A DNA stretch of 64,000 nt, taken from assembly GCA_964625085.1 (NCBI GenBank), contig CAZVAJ010000001.1, positions 1 to 64,000 of the forward strand, given 5' to 3'. Origin of the DNA: Candidatus Micrarchaeota archaeon. GTDB lineage: Archaea; B1Sed10-29; JAJSAI01. The notes beneath the pieces are model-generated. The model was not told where the DNA came from, did not search any database, and was given only the letters and a program-made list of their open reading frames with translations. This document shows, piece by piece, positions 29,006-38,246 of the stretch (position 1 is its first letter; each line of letters starts with the position of its first letter). The translations under genes were made by a program, and so were the position numbers.

Positions 29006-30450
29006 TTGACATAAAAATATTCGAGAGGGCAGCTGCTTTAATTCCAGAAGTACAAACACCAGCTGCAAAACCCCCCTTAAAGAGCAGGCTGAAATGGACT
29101 GCACTTGGATTAGTACTATTTTTCTCATTGGGTGTGATTACACCAATCGGCCTAGCGAAGACAGGACAAGGAGGATACATAGAAAATCTTCAAATGGTAA
29201 TGGCCTCAAAAATAGGGACTATCGCAACCCTTGGTATCGGACCTATTGTCATGGGAAGCATAATACTCCAACTGCTCATGGGCGCTGGAGTAATCAGCAT
29301 GGACAGGTCAAATCCCCGCGATAGACAAGCATTCCAGACCGCCCAGAAGGTGATGGCACTATTCTTCTGTTTCTTCGAAGGCGCAATATACACACTCTCA
29401 GGATTTATTCCAGCAAACCCTGGAATGCAAGCAATAGTTCTTGCACAGATTGCAATGGGTGGAATAATAATCATGTACCTTGATGAGATAATAAGCAAGT
29501 ATGGAATAGGCTCTGGAGTTGGGTTATTCATCGCAGCAGGAGTATCCCAAACAATAGTATGGCATGCGTTTTCATTCTTTGACGTTGGAGGAGGAACGTT
29601 TATAGGAGCCGTGCCACAAATACTGGCAGGACTGGGAACTGGAACTATTCCGGAAACAGCATTAATGGCCCTCATTTTTACTCTTATAGTATTCCTAGTA
29701 GTAGTATACTTTGAGTCAATGAAAATAGAAGTACCCTTAACCTTCGGCCAGATAAGGGGCTTCGGAGCACGCTATCCTCTAAAATTCTTGTACGTAAGCA
29801 ATATACCAGTGATCTTTGCAGCAGCACTGTTCGCTAACGTGCAACTAGTTGGAGCAGCCATGGATGGGGTCGGCGCGCCTTGGTTAGGCCACTTTGAAAA
29901 CGGAAGGGCCACCTCCGAACCACTATTCTGCATAGGAGGGACAATGGTATCTCAAGGCAAAAGCGTAACCTGTCAAGGGGGATTCGGAGTGCCAGGAATA
30001 GCATATTTCCTAACAACACCCTACAGGTACCTTGCAACAAGCACAGACGTGGCCCACACGCTTGCAGATCCTCTACGCATACTGCAGATAATTTCCTTCT
30101 CAGCAGCAATGATGATAATGTGCGTTATTTTTGGAAGGATATGGGTCGAACTATCCGGAATGAGCTCCAAGGATGTTGCAGGACAACTACAGCACGTAGG
30201 CCTTCATGTTCCCGGATTTAGAAGAGACCCAAGGATAATTGAGAGGGTTTTGGATAGGTACATTCCAACAATCACTGTGCTAGGCGCAATGGCGGTCGGC
30301 CTGTTAGCAGTGTTCGCTGATTTAACAGGAGCAATAGGAACAGGGACAGGAATACTTCTAACAGTTGGAATCCTGTACAGGTTATACGAAGAGCTTGCTT
30401 CAGACCAAGCCATGGAAATGATGCCTGCCCTCAAGAAGTTCATGAGCTGA
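29002..30450 (+). CDS. secY: Preprotein translocase SecY
   Basis: LGIGPIV, GIGSGVGLFI, YVSNIPVI, PGFRR, GTGILLTV. Confidence 0.97.
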   Translation: MIDIKIFERAAALIPEVQTPAAKPPLKSRLKWTALGLVLFFSLGVITPIGLAKTGQGGYIENLQMVMASKIGTIATLGIGPIVMGSIILQLLMGAGVISMDRSNPRDRQAFQTAQKVMALFFCFFEGAIYTLSGFIPANPGMQAIVLAQIAMGGIIIMYLDEIISKYGIGSGVGLFIAAGVSQTIVWHAFSFFDVGGGTFIGAVPQILAGLGTGTIPETALMALIFTLIVFLVVVYFESMKIEVPLTFGQIRGFGARYPLKFLYVSNIPVIFAAALFANVQLVGAAMDGVGAPWLGHFENGRATSEPLFCIGGTMVSQGKSVTCQGGFGVPGIAYFLTTPYRYLATSTDVAHTLADPLRILQIISFSAAMMIMCVIFGRIWVELSGMSSKDVAGQLQHVGLHVPGFRRDPRIIERVLDRYIPTITVLGAMAVGLLAVFADLTGAIGTGTGILLTVGILYRLYEELASDQAMEMMPALKKFMS

Positions 30451-30496
30451 ATGCTTTTTATACCACTTAAACTGGAAAAATAGAAAGGGGAACCAC

Positions 30497-30955
30497 ATGA
30501 GTATTATGATAGAAGTAGCATTAATTGCAGCAGCTGTATCAGCAGGCAGTATGCTGTTCCAAAAGAAAATGGTCAACCAAGACCGAGTAGATGAAATAAA
30601 AGCCAAGATGAAAGATTATAACAAAAGATACCGCAAAGCACTAAAAGAAAAGAACGAAAAGAAGATAAAAGAGCTTGAAAAAGAAGGAAAAGAAGTAACC
30701 ATGATGAGTGCAGAGTTAATGAAACACTCCCTCAAACCAACAATGTACACACTCCTGCCAATACTCATCGTAATAAGTGTTATAAAAACAAGGTATGGGG
30801 GCCAAACTGCTGCAGTCTTACCCGCCATAGGCGCAGTTGATGCTTTTTGGTGGTATGTTATCGTAGCCATGATGACAAGCATGGTACTAGAAGTAGTTTA
30901 CCAAGCGTACAGGAGGAAGAAGAAAAATGGTGGAACCAGGAAAAAGAACGAATAA
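30497..30955 (+). CDS. DUF106 / EMC3-TMCO1-like membrane insertase
   Basis: TM, coiled coil, KPT motif, TM, WWY TM; conserved position after secY. Confidence 0.85.
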   Translation: MSIMIEVALIAAAVSAGSMLFQKKMVNQDRVDEIKAKMKDYNKRYRKALKEKNEKKIKELEKEGKEVTMMSAELMKHSLKPTMYTLLPILIVISVIKTRYGGQTAAVLPAIGAVDAFWWYVIVAMMTSMVLEVVYQAYRRKKKNGGTRKKNE

Positions 30956-31202
30956 GATAAGAAAAGTATTCTACAGAACACCAGGCGGAAAGGTAAAGAT
31001 CAGGTACAAAAGGAAGAAAAGCAAAAAATCAAGCTGCCAGATATGCGGAAAAAAACTCCAAGGAAAAAGACCTGGTAGAGCATATTCCAAAAACCTATGC
31101 CACTCCTGCTTAGAAGAGTTTATAAGAGTAAAAACAAGAGCAAAAGAAGGCACATCAATCCCGCTAAAGTTCTATAACCTGCTTAAACGTGAAGCAGAAT
31201 GA
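30927..31202 (+). CDS. rpl34e: 50S ribosomal protein L34e
   Basis: RTPGG, CQICG, LCHSC. Confidence 0.92.
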   Translation: MVEPGKRTNKIRKVFYRTPGGKVKIRYKRKKSKKSSCQICGKKLQGKRPGRAYSKNLCHSCLEEFIRVKTRAKEGTSIPLKFYNLLKREAE

Positions 31203-31714
31203 TCATAACAATAAGCGGGACCACGGGAGCAGGAAAGGACACTATAGGAAAAAAACTCTCAGAAAGAACAGGTCTGAGGATTGTTTCTGCAAGCCTCAAA
31301 AAGTACGCCAGAGAAGAAGGAATTGATGTACTGCAATTCTCAAAAAAAACAAACATTCAGGAATATGACAAACAACTGGATGAATGGCAAAAAAAAGAAG
31401 CAGAAAAAGGAAACTGTATAATAATCAGCAGACTCTCAGCAGTTCTCATAGCACCCAAAGCCGACCTAAAGATATGGCTTTATGCTCCAGAAGAAGAGAG
31501 GATAAGAAGAATAAAAAACAGAGACAAAAAAGAGAATGCCTCAGAGTACGTAAGAGAGAGGGACCTTGAATCAAAAGAAAGATTCAAAAACACGTACGGA
31601 GTAGACTACACCAAACAAGAGCACTATGACCTGTGCATCAACACAGGAAAATGGACTCCCGAAAATGTTGTTAATATCATACTAAAAGCAATGGAGGAGA
31701 CAAAAAATGATTAA
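31199..31714 (+). CDS. cmk: Cytidylate kinase
   Basis: ITISGTTGAGKDT, YDLCINT; synteny. Confidence 0.9.
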   Translation: MIITISGTTGAGKDTIGKKLSERTGLRIVSASLKKYAREEGIDVLQFSKKTNIQEYDKQLDEWQKKEAEKGNCIIISRLSAVLIAPKADLKIWLYAPEEERIRRIKNRDKKENASEYVRERDLESKERFKNTYGVDYTKQEHYDLCINTGKWTPENVVNIILKAMEETKND

Positions 31715-31868
31715 AGAAGGAGCAGAATTCATCGTAACAAGAGGAAGTGACGCTGGAAAAAAGGTGAAAATAAAGAAGGTAATAGACGGAACATTTGTAA
31801 TAATACAAGGTGAAAAAGTAAAAGAAAGAAGAGCAAACATAAAACACCTTGAAGCTGAGAAGAGATGA
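31707..31868 (+). CDS. rpl14e: 50S ribosomal protein L14e, short form (53 aa, not in ORF track)
   Basis: Manual translation MIKEG...RGSDAGKK...FVII...RRANIKHLE; between cmk and truB. Confidence 0.88.
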   Translation: MIKEGAEFIVTRGSDAGKKVKIKKVIDGTFVIIQGEKVKERRANIKHLEAEKR

Positions 31869-32698
31869 ATGGATTTATCCTGCTAGATAAACCCGAAGGG
31901 ATAACCTGCGCAAGAATAGATCAGTTAGTCAAGAAATGGTCAGGAGAAAAAACAGCGCATGTTGGAACCTTAGATCCAAACGTCAGCGGGGTGCTCCCTC
32001 TACTTATAGGCAAAAAAGCAATCAAGTTACTAGAATACCTACAACAAAGTGAAAAAGAGTACATATGCCTAATGAAAGTGAATGCTGAAAAACAGGACAT
32101 AGAAAAACTCCTAGAAGAATTCACAGGAAAAGTGTACCAAAAACCACCCAAATTATCCGCGGTCTCAAAAAAGATAAGAGTGCGTAAAATATACCGCACA
32201 CGCCTCCTTGATTCAGAAGGAGACTATTTTTTGTTTCAGGTCACATGCCAACACGGAACGTACATAAGAACACTTGTAAAAGACATTGGAAGAGTTCTTG
32301 GAAAGAACGCGAAAATGATAGAATTAAGAAGAACAAGAAGTAACGGGTTCAAAGAACCAGAATGTGTTCCCTTAATAAGAGTAAAAGACGCCCTAGAACT
32401 AAACGCCCAGGGAAAAAAAGGACCAGAGGGAGTCCTTCTGCCCCTGGAAGAAACAGTAAGATCACTGCCAAAAGTGATAATAAAGGACAGCGCTGCAAAG
32501 AATGTTATAAAAGGAGCACCATTAATGGCCCCTGGAATAATTAAAGTAGAAGGCCATGTGCAAAAGGATAAAACAGTAGCCATACTAACAGAAGACCGGC
32601 AACTCCTTGCAGTAGGAAGGATGATGTTTGACAAAGGAAATTTTCCAGAGAGAGGGATCATAACAAAAACAGAAAAGGTCATCTTAGAAAAGTTATAA
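31865..32698 (+). CDS. truB: Pseudouridine synthase Cbf5/TruB with PUA domain
   Basis: LDKPEG, HVGTLDP, YQKPP, GTYIR, ELRRTR. Confidence 0.95.
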   Translation: MNGFILLDKPEGITCARIDQLVKKWSGEKTAHVGTLDPNVSGVLPLLIGKKAIKLLEYLQQSEKEYICLMKVNAEKQDIEKLLEEFTGKVYQKPPKLSAVSKKIRVRKIYRTRLLDSEGDYFLFQVTCQHGTYIRTLVKDIGRVLGKNAKMIELRRTRSNGFKEPECVPLIRVKDALELNAQGKKGPEGVLLPLEETVRSLPKVIIKDSAAKNVIKGAPLMAPGIIKVEGHVQKDKTVAILTEDRQLLAVGRMMFDKGNFPERGIITKTEKVILEKL

Positions 32699-32726
32699 TA
32701 ATCAAAGGAGTGTATTGTAAACCAAA

Positions 32727-32809
32727 GCCGGGATAGCGAAGTGGTTAACGCGCCAGCCTTGAGAGCTGGTGGGCCTCGGCCCGCGTGGGTTCAAATCCCA
32801 CTCCCGGCG
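32727..32809 (+). tRNA. tRNA-Ser(TGA)
   Basis: GCCGGGA/TCCCGGC-G, CCAGC-CT-TGA-GA-GCTGG, long variable arm. Confidence 0.96.
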
Positions 32810-32832
32810 CTAGAACAAATTTCTCAGCAAAC

Positions 32833-32847
32833 AGAAACCTTTTTAAA
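32833..32847 (+). promoter_or_regulatory. BRE/TATA promoter of the rps13 cluster
   Basis: AGAAACC-TTTTTAAA, nearly identical to the rpoH promoter. Confidence 0.65.
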
Positions 32848-32886
32848 CTGCAGCATGAGAAAAAGTACTACTAAAACTAAAAGAAG

Positions 32887-32922
32887 ATCTTGGCGAGGCC
32901 TTTTGGCCGGTGACCTACAGAT
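32887..32922 (+). promoter_or_regulatory. Putative kink-turn in the rps13 5' leader
   Basis: GA-GGCC-TTTT-GGCC-GGT-GA pattern with flanking pairing. Confidence 0.55.
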
Positions 32923-32952
32923 AACCAAACAACTTATTCAAACGGTGAACAC

Positions 32953-33414
32953 ATGGCCGAATTTAAAGGAAGGTTAAGAATAGCTGGCAGAGATATAGAT
33001 GGTAACCTGCCAATCCCAAAAGCACTCCGAAGAATAAAAGGAGTGGGGATTAACTTTGCGGATAGCATTGCAAAGGTATTTTTTGAAAGTACAGGAGTCC
33101 AGCCAACAGAAAAGATAGGGACTCTTGATGACAACCAGATAAAAATAGTTGAGGACATACTTTCAAGCCCCACAAAACATGGGATAGCAACATACTTAAT
33201 AAACCGAAGAAATGACCCTGAAACAGGAGAAGACACTCATCTTATAAGCTCTGACCTAGACTTCACGATAAAACAGGATAAAGAAAAACACATGGCCATA
33301 AAGAGCTGGAGAGGTGTAAGATTCTCAGCTGGACTGCCTGTAAGAGGGCAGAGAACAAGAACCATGGGCAGGAAAGGCAAGACCCTCGGAGTACAGAGAA
33401 AGAAGAAGAAGTGA
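32953..33414 (+). CDS. rps13: 30S ribosomal protein uS13
   Basis: IKGVG, NRRNDPETG, LPVRGQRTR. Confidence 0.97.
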   Translation: MAEFKGRLRIAGRDIDGNLPIPKALRRIKGVGINFADSIAKVFFESTGVQPTEKIGTLDDNQIKIVEDILSSPTKHGIATYLINRRNDPETGEDTHLISSDLDFTIKQDKEKHMAIKSWRGVRFSAGLPVRGQRTRTMGRKGKTLGVQRKKKK

Positions 33415-33420
33415 TAAAGA

Positions 33421-33972
33421 ATGGGAGATCCAAGAAGACTTAAGAAAAAGTACGAAACGCCAAATCACCCTTGGGAAAAGAAAAGGATAGAAGAAGAAAA
33501 AAAACTTGTACTCGCCTACGGGCTTAAAAACAAGAGAGAACTATGGCGCGCCCAAACTTTAATAAGAAAGTACAGGCACCTTGCCAGAAACCTTGTAGGA
33601 CTCCCTGTAGAAGAAAGAGCAGAGAAAGAGAATACACTATTATCCAAAATGGAAAGCCTTGGACTTATAAAGGAAGGCGGCAGCCTTGATGATGTCTTAT
33701 CACTAAAAGCAGAAGACCTGCTTGAAAGACGGCTTCAAACAGTAGTGTGGAAAAAAGGACTTGCATTGTCTCCAAAACAAGCAAGACAGTTAATAGTCCA
33801 CAGGCACATAAAAGTAAAAGGAAACATAACCACCGCGCCTGGAATGATCATCAGTAAAGAATTAGAGCCCACAGTAGACTGGGCAAAACAACCACTAAAA
33901 CTAACGCCACCACAACAACAGGTCGCTGTAGAAGCCCAAGACAAAGCAATAGAAGGTGAGGAAAATGCCTGA
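33421..33972 (+). CDS. rps4: 30S ribosomal protein uS4
   Basis: [26 protein letters not shown]. Confidence 0.97.
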   Translation: MGDPRRLKKKYETPNHPWEKKRIEEEKKLVLAYGLKNKRELWRAQTLIRKYRHLARNLVGLPVEERAEKENTLLSKMESLGLIKEGGSLDDVLSLKAEDLLERRLQTVVWKKGLALSPKQARQLIVHRHIKVKGNITTAPGMIISKELEPTVDWAKQPLKLTPPQQQVAVEAQDKAIEGEENA

Positions 33973-34351
33973 GTACTGGGGAATAGCACACATATTTTCA
34001 AGCAAGAATAATACCATAATCACGATAACTGACCTAACAGGAGCAGAAACACTGGCAAAGTGTTCTGGAGGAATGGTTGTAGACTCTGATCGTAAAGAAG
34101 GAAGCCCTTATGCTGCAATGATCGCTGCTCAGAAAGTGGCTGAAAACGCCAAAGCCAAAGGAGTGACCGGAGTCCACATAAGGGTAAGAGCTCCAGGCGG
34201 GCACTTCAGCAAAATCCCCGGTGCAGGGGCACAAGCCTGCATCAGAGCCCTTGCAAGAAGCGGTCTCAGGATAGGAAAAATAGAAGATGTCACTCCGATA
34301 CCTCACGATACCACAAGACGACCCGGTGGAAAGAGGGGAAGAAGGGTATGA
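33965..34351 (+). CDS. rps11: 30S ribosomal protein uS11
   Basis: [25 protein letters not shown]. Confidence 0.97.
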   Translation: MPEYWGIAHIFSSKNNTIITITDLTGAETLAKCSGGMVVDSDRKEGSPYAAMIAAQKVAENAKAKGVTGVHIRVRAPGGHFSKIPGAGAQACIRALARSGLRIGKIEDVTPIPHDTTRRPGGKRGRRV

Positions 34352-34947
34352 AGCTCAACATAAAAAAAGAGAAGGACAACACGCTGACGTTCGAGCTAAA
34401 AGATGCGTCTCCAGCGTATGCAAATGCCCTAAGAAGAACAATCATGAGAGAAGTTCCAGTAATGGCGATAAAAGAAGTAGACATCTACGAGAATACCAGT
34501 AGCTTGTTCCCAGAATACATCGCACACAGGCTTGGGATGATACCCCTCACAACAGACCTAACCGCCTATGTTCTACCAGAAAACTGCTGCGGCGGAAACT
34601 GCTCAAAATGCTCAACAATACTAACGCTCGATGTAGAAGGTCCAAAGACAGTTTATTCTAAGGATCTTAAACCAACAGACGAAAACGTAACTCCCGCATA
34701 CGAAAATATCCCTATAATAAAACTAATAGAAGGCCAAAGGCTAAGGCTAGAAGCCAAAGCCGTATTAGGAAGGTCAAAAGACCACGCGAGATGGCAGTCC
34801 TGCCATGTGTCATACAACACCACCAATGGGAAAGATTATAAGTTTGAGCTTGAATCCTACGGCAACCTGCCTGCAAAAAAGATTCTTGAAAAAGCCGTAA
34901 AGATTCTTGAAACAGGTGTAAAAGAGATAAAAGCTAAAGTCAAGTGA
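34348..34947 (+). CDS. rpoD: RNA polymerase subunit Rpo3 (D)
   Basis: [20 protein letters not shown]. Confidence 0.96.
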   Translation: MKLNIKKEKDNTLTFELKDASPAYANALRRTIMREVPVMAIKEVDIYENTSSLFPEYIAHRLGMIPLTTDLTAYVLPENCCGGNCSKCSTILTLDVEGPKTVYSKDLKPTDENVTPAYENIPIIKLIEGQRLRLEAKAVLGRSKDHARWQSCHVSYNTTNGKDYKFELESYGNLPAKKILEKAVKILETGVKEIKAKVK

Positions 34948-34953
34948 TGCCCC

Positions 34954-35319
34954 ATGAAAAGATCTGAAAAAAAAGCGAGAGAAAAAACAAATCCCCTAAT
35001 AAAAGAAGCAGTAATCACGCTTAACAAAACAAAAGCCAAAGCTTGGAAAGACGTTGCAAGAAGAATAACAGCACCAACAAGACAGAATAAGGGAGTTCCG
35101 CTGTCAAGAATATCAAAATATACCGCAGAAGGAGACACTGTAGTAATCCCTGGAAAAGTGTTAGGAAACGGGGACATCAACCATAGTATTACCCTCGCTG
35201 CAACAGGCTACTCAAAAAAGGCTTCAGAAAAACTCAAAGAAGCCAAGTGCAAAACAATGAGCATTTTGGAACTCGCCAAAAAGAACCCTGAAGGAAAGAA
35301 CATAAAAATCATAGGGTGA
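34954..35319 (+). CDS. rpl18e: 50S ribosomal protein L18e
   Basis: KTNP, VIPGKVLG, NPEG. Confidence 0.95.
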   Translation: MKRSEKKAREKTNPLIKEAVITLNKTKAKAWKDVARRITAPTRQNKGVPLSRISKYTAEGDTVVIPGKVLGNGDINHSITLAATGYSKKASEKLKEAKCKTMSILELAKKNPEGKNIKIIG

Positions 35320-35738
35320 AAATGAACATGAAAATATATAACGGAGACAACAGCGTGCTTGGAAGACTGGCATCCAGAGTAGCTCAAGATCTGCTTGAAG
35401 GAGAAGAAGTCAAGATAATCAATGCAGAAAAAGTTGTGATAACAGGAAACAAAGAGGATATCCAAGCTAAGTACGCTCACAGATTCCAAGACCTCACTAA
35501 CGCAGCCAACCCCCGGAAAGGCCCAAGAAGAAGCAGGAGGCCTGACCTGTTCGTAAAAAGAGTGATAAGGGGAATGGTCCCAAGAAAAACAAAAAGAGGA
35601 AGGGATGCATTATCACGCTTAAAAGTTTACATTCAAGACCCCGAACAGCTTGAAAACAAAGCAGAGAAATACGCAGAATGCAAAAGCGCTAAAAAAATGA
35701 GCGTACTAGAACTCTGCAACTGGCTAGGTGGTAAATGA
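35316..35738 (+). CDS. rpl13: 50S ribosomal protein uL13
   Basis: LGRLAS, NAEKVVITG, IRGMVP. Confidence 0.96.
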   Translation: MKMNMKIYNGDNSVLGRLASRVAQDLLEGEEVKIINAEKVVITGNKEDIQAKYAHRFQDLTNAANPRKGPRRSRRPDLFVKRVIRGMVPRKTKRGRDALSRLKVYIQDPEQLENKAEKYAECKSAKKMSVLELCNWLGGK

Positions 35739-36178
35739 TGGCAACTAAAAAGAAGACAAAAGAAGAGAAGATAGTAATCACAAGAGGAAAAAAGAAAAGA
35801 GCAGTCGCAAGGGCAAGAGTAAAAAATGGACTGAAAAGCCTGAAAGTAAACGGCAAAAGCGTTGAAAGCCTGAATCCAAGTATAGTAAAAGATATCATAA
35901 CTGAACCAATAGAACTGGCAAGGAATGTTCTCGGAGAAGGATTTGACAACAATCTTGACATTGATGTTAATGTTTATGGTGGAGGCATAATGGGCCAAGC
36001 ATTCGCAACAAGAACAGCGATCGGAAAAGCACTCCTAAAATGGACCGAATCAGAAGAACTTAAAAACATGTTCTCAGAATACGACACAACACTCGTAAAA
36101 GAAGACGTCAGAAAGAAAGAACCTAAAAAGTACCTGAGAAAAGGTGCAAGGGCCAGGCCTACAACATCATACAGGTGA
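35735..36178 (+). CDS. rps9: 30S ribosomal protein uS9
   Basis: [19 protein letters not shown]-terminal SYR. Confidence 0.96.
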   Translation: MMATKKKTKEEKIVITRGKKKRAVARARVKNGLKSLKVNGKSVESLNPSIVKDIITEPIELARNVLGEGFDNNLDIDVNVYGGGIMGQAFATRTAIGKALLKWTESEELKNMFSEYDTTLVKEDVRKKEPKKYLRKGARARPTTSYR

Positions 36179-36185
36179 AGAGAAA

Positions 36186-36383
36186 ATGATGATACCAGTA
36201 AGATGCTTTTCATGCGGAAAACCAGTAGGCCACTTGTGGGAAGAGTATCAAAGGAGAATAAAAGAAGAAGATCCGGAAAAAGTCCTGGACTCCCTTGGAC
36301 TAAACAGATACTGCTGCAGAAGAATGCTTGTATCCCACGCAGACCTGATAGATCAAATCATAGTATACGATAAAAAACAATAA
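36186..36383 (+). CDS. rpoN: RNA polymerase subunit Rpo10 (N)
   Basis: [17 protein letters not shown]. Confidence 0.97.
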   Translation: MMIPVRCFSCGKPVGHLWEEYQRRIKEEDPEKVLDSLGLNRYCCRRMLVSHADLIDQIIVYDKKQ

Positions 36384-36406
36384 CGCCCCATCATAATATC
36401 AGAGAA

Positions 36407-36482
36407 GGGGCCGTGGGGTAGCCTGGTAGCCTTTCACCTTGGGGTGGTGGCGACTCGAGTTCAAATCTCGGCGGCCCCACCA
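36407..36482 (+). tRNA. tRNA-Pro(GGG), CCA encoded
   Basis: GGGGCCG/CGGCCCC, TCACC-TT-GGG-GT-GGTGG. Confidence 0.95.
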
Positions 36483-36501
36483 ATAAGGGCGCCTTTCCCG
36501 C
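36483..36501. repeat. tRNA-associated repeat, truncated copy 3
   Basis: ATAAGGGCGCCTTTCCCGC matches 18 of the first 19 nt of copy 1. Confidence 0.75.
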
Positions 36502-36502
36502 T

Positions 36503-36612
36503 GCGCGGTTAGTCTAGTCTCCTTCCAGCCCGAAAAGGACAGAAGGATAGAATGGTTAGGACATTGGCCTTCCAAGCCAATGACCCGGGTTCAAATCCCG
36601 GACCGCGCACCA
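36503..36612 (+). tRNA. tRNA-Gly(TCC) with D-loop intron 36519-36553 (after position 16), CCA encoded
   Basis: BHB helix TCTA/TAGA, bulges GT^C and AT^G, intron stem TCCTTC/GAAGGA; spliced cloverleaf GCGCGGT/ACCGCGC. Confidence 0.93.
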
Positions 36613-36728
36613 AATAAAAAACTTTTTATAGTCATAATTAATGTAAGCAGAGATAATACTCCTCACGGCAAAAGAGCAAACATAAAAAACAGAACGCATA
36701 AAAAGCACTAAAACCAAATTAACACTGG

Positions 36729-36847
36729 GCGGGAGTCGCCTAGCCCGGTCATGGCGCTGGACTCAAGTGACCTTTCTTTGAAAAAGAAACCGGCCGGGGG
36801 TATCCAGTGGCTTAGTGCCATCGAGGGTTCAAATCCCTCCTCCCGCA
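36729..36847 (+). tRNA. tRNA-Leu(CAA) with canonical 37/38 intron 36768-36801
   Basis: GCGGGAG/CTCCCGC, CTGGA-CT-CAA-G^A-TCCAG, long variable arm. Confidence 0.93.
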
Positions 36848-36908
36848 CTATACAATCCATTTACCAAAAAGGAATAAAAACCCTGGCAAGAGAACAGTAT
36901 AATAGAAC

Positions 36909-36984
36909 GCGCCGTTAGTCTAGTCTGGTAGGACTCAAGCTTGCCAAGCTTGTGGCCCGGGTTCAAATCCCGGACGGCGCACCA
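36909..36984 (+). tRNA. tRNA-Gly(GCC), CCA encoded
   Basis: GCGCCGT/ACGGCGC, CAAGC-TT-GCC-AA-GCTTG. Confidence 0.96.
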
Positions 36985-37014
36985 CCACAAAAATTGTTCA
37001 AAGTGACCAGTATA

Positions 37015-38199
37015 ATGATAAACAAAATAACAAATGTGGACCTCAGGATTGTTTTAGACTCAACAGGCAACAAGACAGTAGAAGCAGAGATCACCACCGA
37101 CTTCGGGAAAGGAGTGGCAGCATCACCGAGGGGCACGAGCACAGGAAAACATGAAGCGGTGTTCTCTCCAGAGCCTGTTGAAAAACTCGTTAAAACCGCA
37201 AAGAAAAATTTTCTTCCCCTTTTGATTACACTTGAAGCTCAAGCAGAAGTAGACAGCGTGATTGAAAAGTATGATGGCACAGAAAACCTGTCCAGGATAG
37301 GGGGAGCAGTATCAACTGCAGTTTCAATGGCCGCGGCAAAAGCATTTGCAAGAGCATACAACATGCCCTTGTACCAGACACTGGCTTTTACTAACACCCT
37401 ACCTTACCTCCTTTCAAAGGTTATTGGCGGAGGGCTCCACGCTAAAAAAGGGTGTGATGTACAAGAGATATTAGTGGGGGGCCTTGGAAAAAGTATCCTG
37501 GAATGTGCTGAAATAAACTTAAGAATACATGAACGAATAGGAGAATTAATAGGAACCGGCAGGGACCTTGAAGGAGGATGGATCGCACCACTTACAACTG
37601 AAGACGCCTTGGGCCTTGTTAAAGATGTCATACAGGAAACAGGAGAAAAAGCACGGATGGGAATAGATGTGGCAGGCAGTACACTGCTAAACAAAGGAGC
37701 ATACGTTTATAAACACGAAAAAATGAAAAGAGAAAGAGAAGAACAAATAGACTTCATTAAGCGAATTACAAAAGACTACAACCTCAAGTACGTTGAAGAC
37801 CCGCTTGAAGAAGAAGACTTTGAAGGACACAAAGAACTAACAAAAAGCATTGGAAAACGAACCTTCATATGTGGGGATGACCTGTACACCACAAACCCAA
37901 AAAGAATAGAAAAAGGACATGACGCGTGCAACACCGTACTAATAAAACCAAACCAAGCAGGCACCCTAACAAGAATGTTCAACGCAATAACAAAAGCCCA
38001 AAACAACGGACAAAATCTTGTGGTATCCCACAGGTCTGCTGAAACGAACGACACTAGCATAGCGCACTACGCCGTGGCGTTCGACGCCAAGATGATAAAA
38101 ATAGGCATAGTCGGCGGAGAAAGAACCGCAAAAATAAACGAGCTCATTAAAATAGAAGAAACTATGGAAAAACCAAGAATGATAAAGCTAAAAAAATAA
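37015..38199 (+). CDS. eno: Enolase (divergent)
   Basis: GTSTG, VEDPL, GDDL, IKPNQAGT, SHRS.ET, ERTAKINEL; start moved downstream of tRNA-Gly. Confidence 0.93.
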   Translation: MINKITNVDLRIVLDSTGNKTVEAEITTDFGKGVAASPRGTSTGKHEAVFSPEPVEKLVKTAKKNFLPLLITLEAQAEVDSVIEKYDGTENLSRIGGAVSTAVSMAAAKAFARAYNMPLYQTLAFTNTLPYLLSKVIGGGLHAKKGCDVQEILVGGLGKSILECAEINLRIHERIGELIGTGRDLEGGWIAPLTTEDALGLVKDVIQETGEKARMGIDVAGSTLLNKGAYVYKHEKMKREREEQIDFIKRITKDYNLKYVEDPLEEEDFEGHKELTKSIGKRTFICGDDLYTTNPKRIEKGHDACNTVLIKPNQAGTLTRMFNAITKAQNNGQNLVVSHRSAETNDTSIAHYAVAFDAKMIKIGIVGGERTAKINELIKIEETMEKPRMIKLKK

Positions 38200-38246
38200 T
38201 TGATTGCCTGCATTATTTTATTGCAGGGATTGGAGGTGCATAAAAT

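Noticed and set aside
32727..32809. Possible selenocysteine or suppressor tRNA
   Set aside because: Anticodon TGA reads UCA (Ser); tRNA-Sec would have anticodon TCA and a longer acceptor stem.
36613..36728. Hidden rpoK or small RNA between tRNAs
   Set aside because: Too short, no RpoK motif, A-rich and without evident structure; contains only a TATA-like element.
36952..37014. N-terminal extension of enolase
   Set aside because: Runs through tRNA-Gly(GCC); the real start is more likely 37015.
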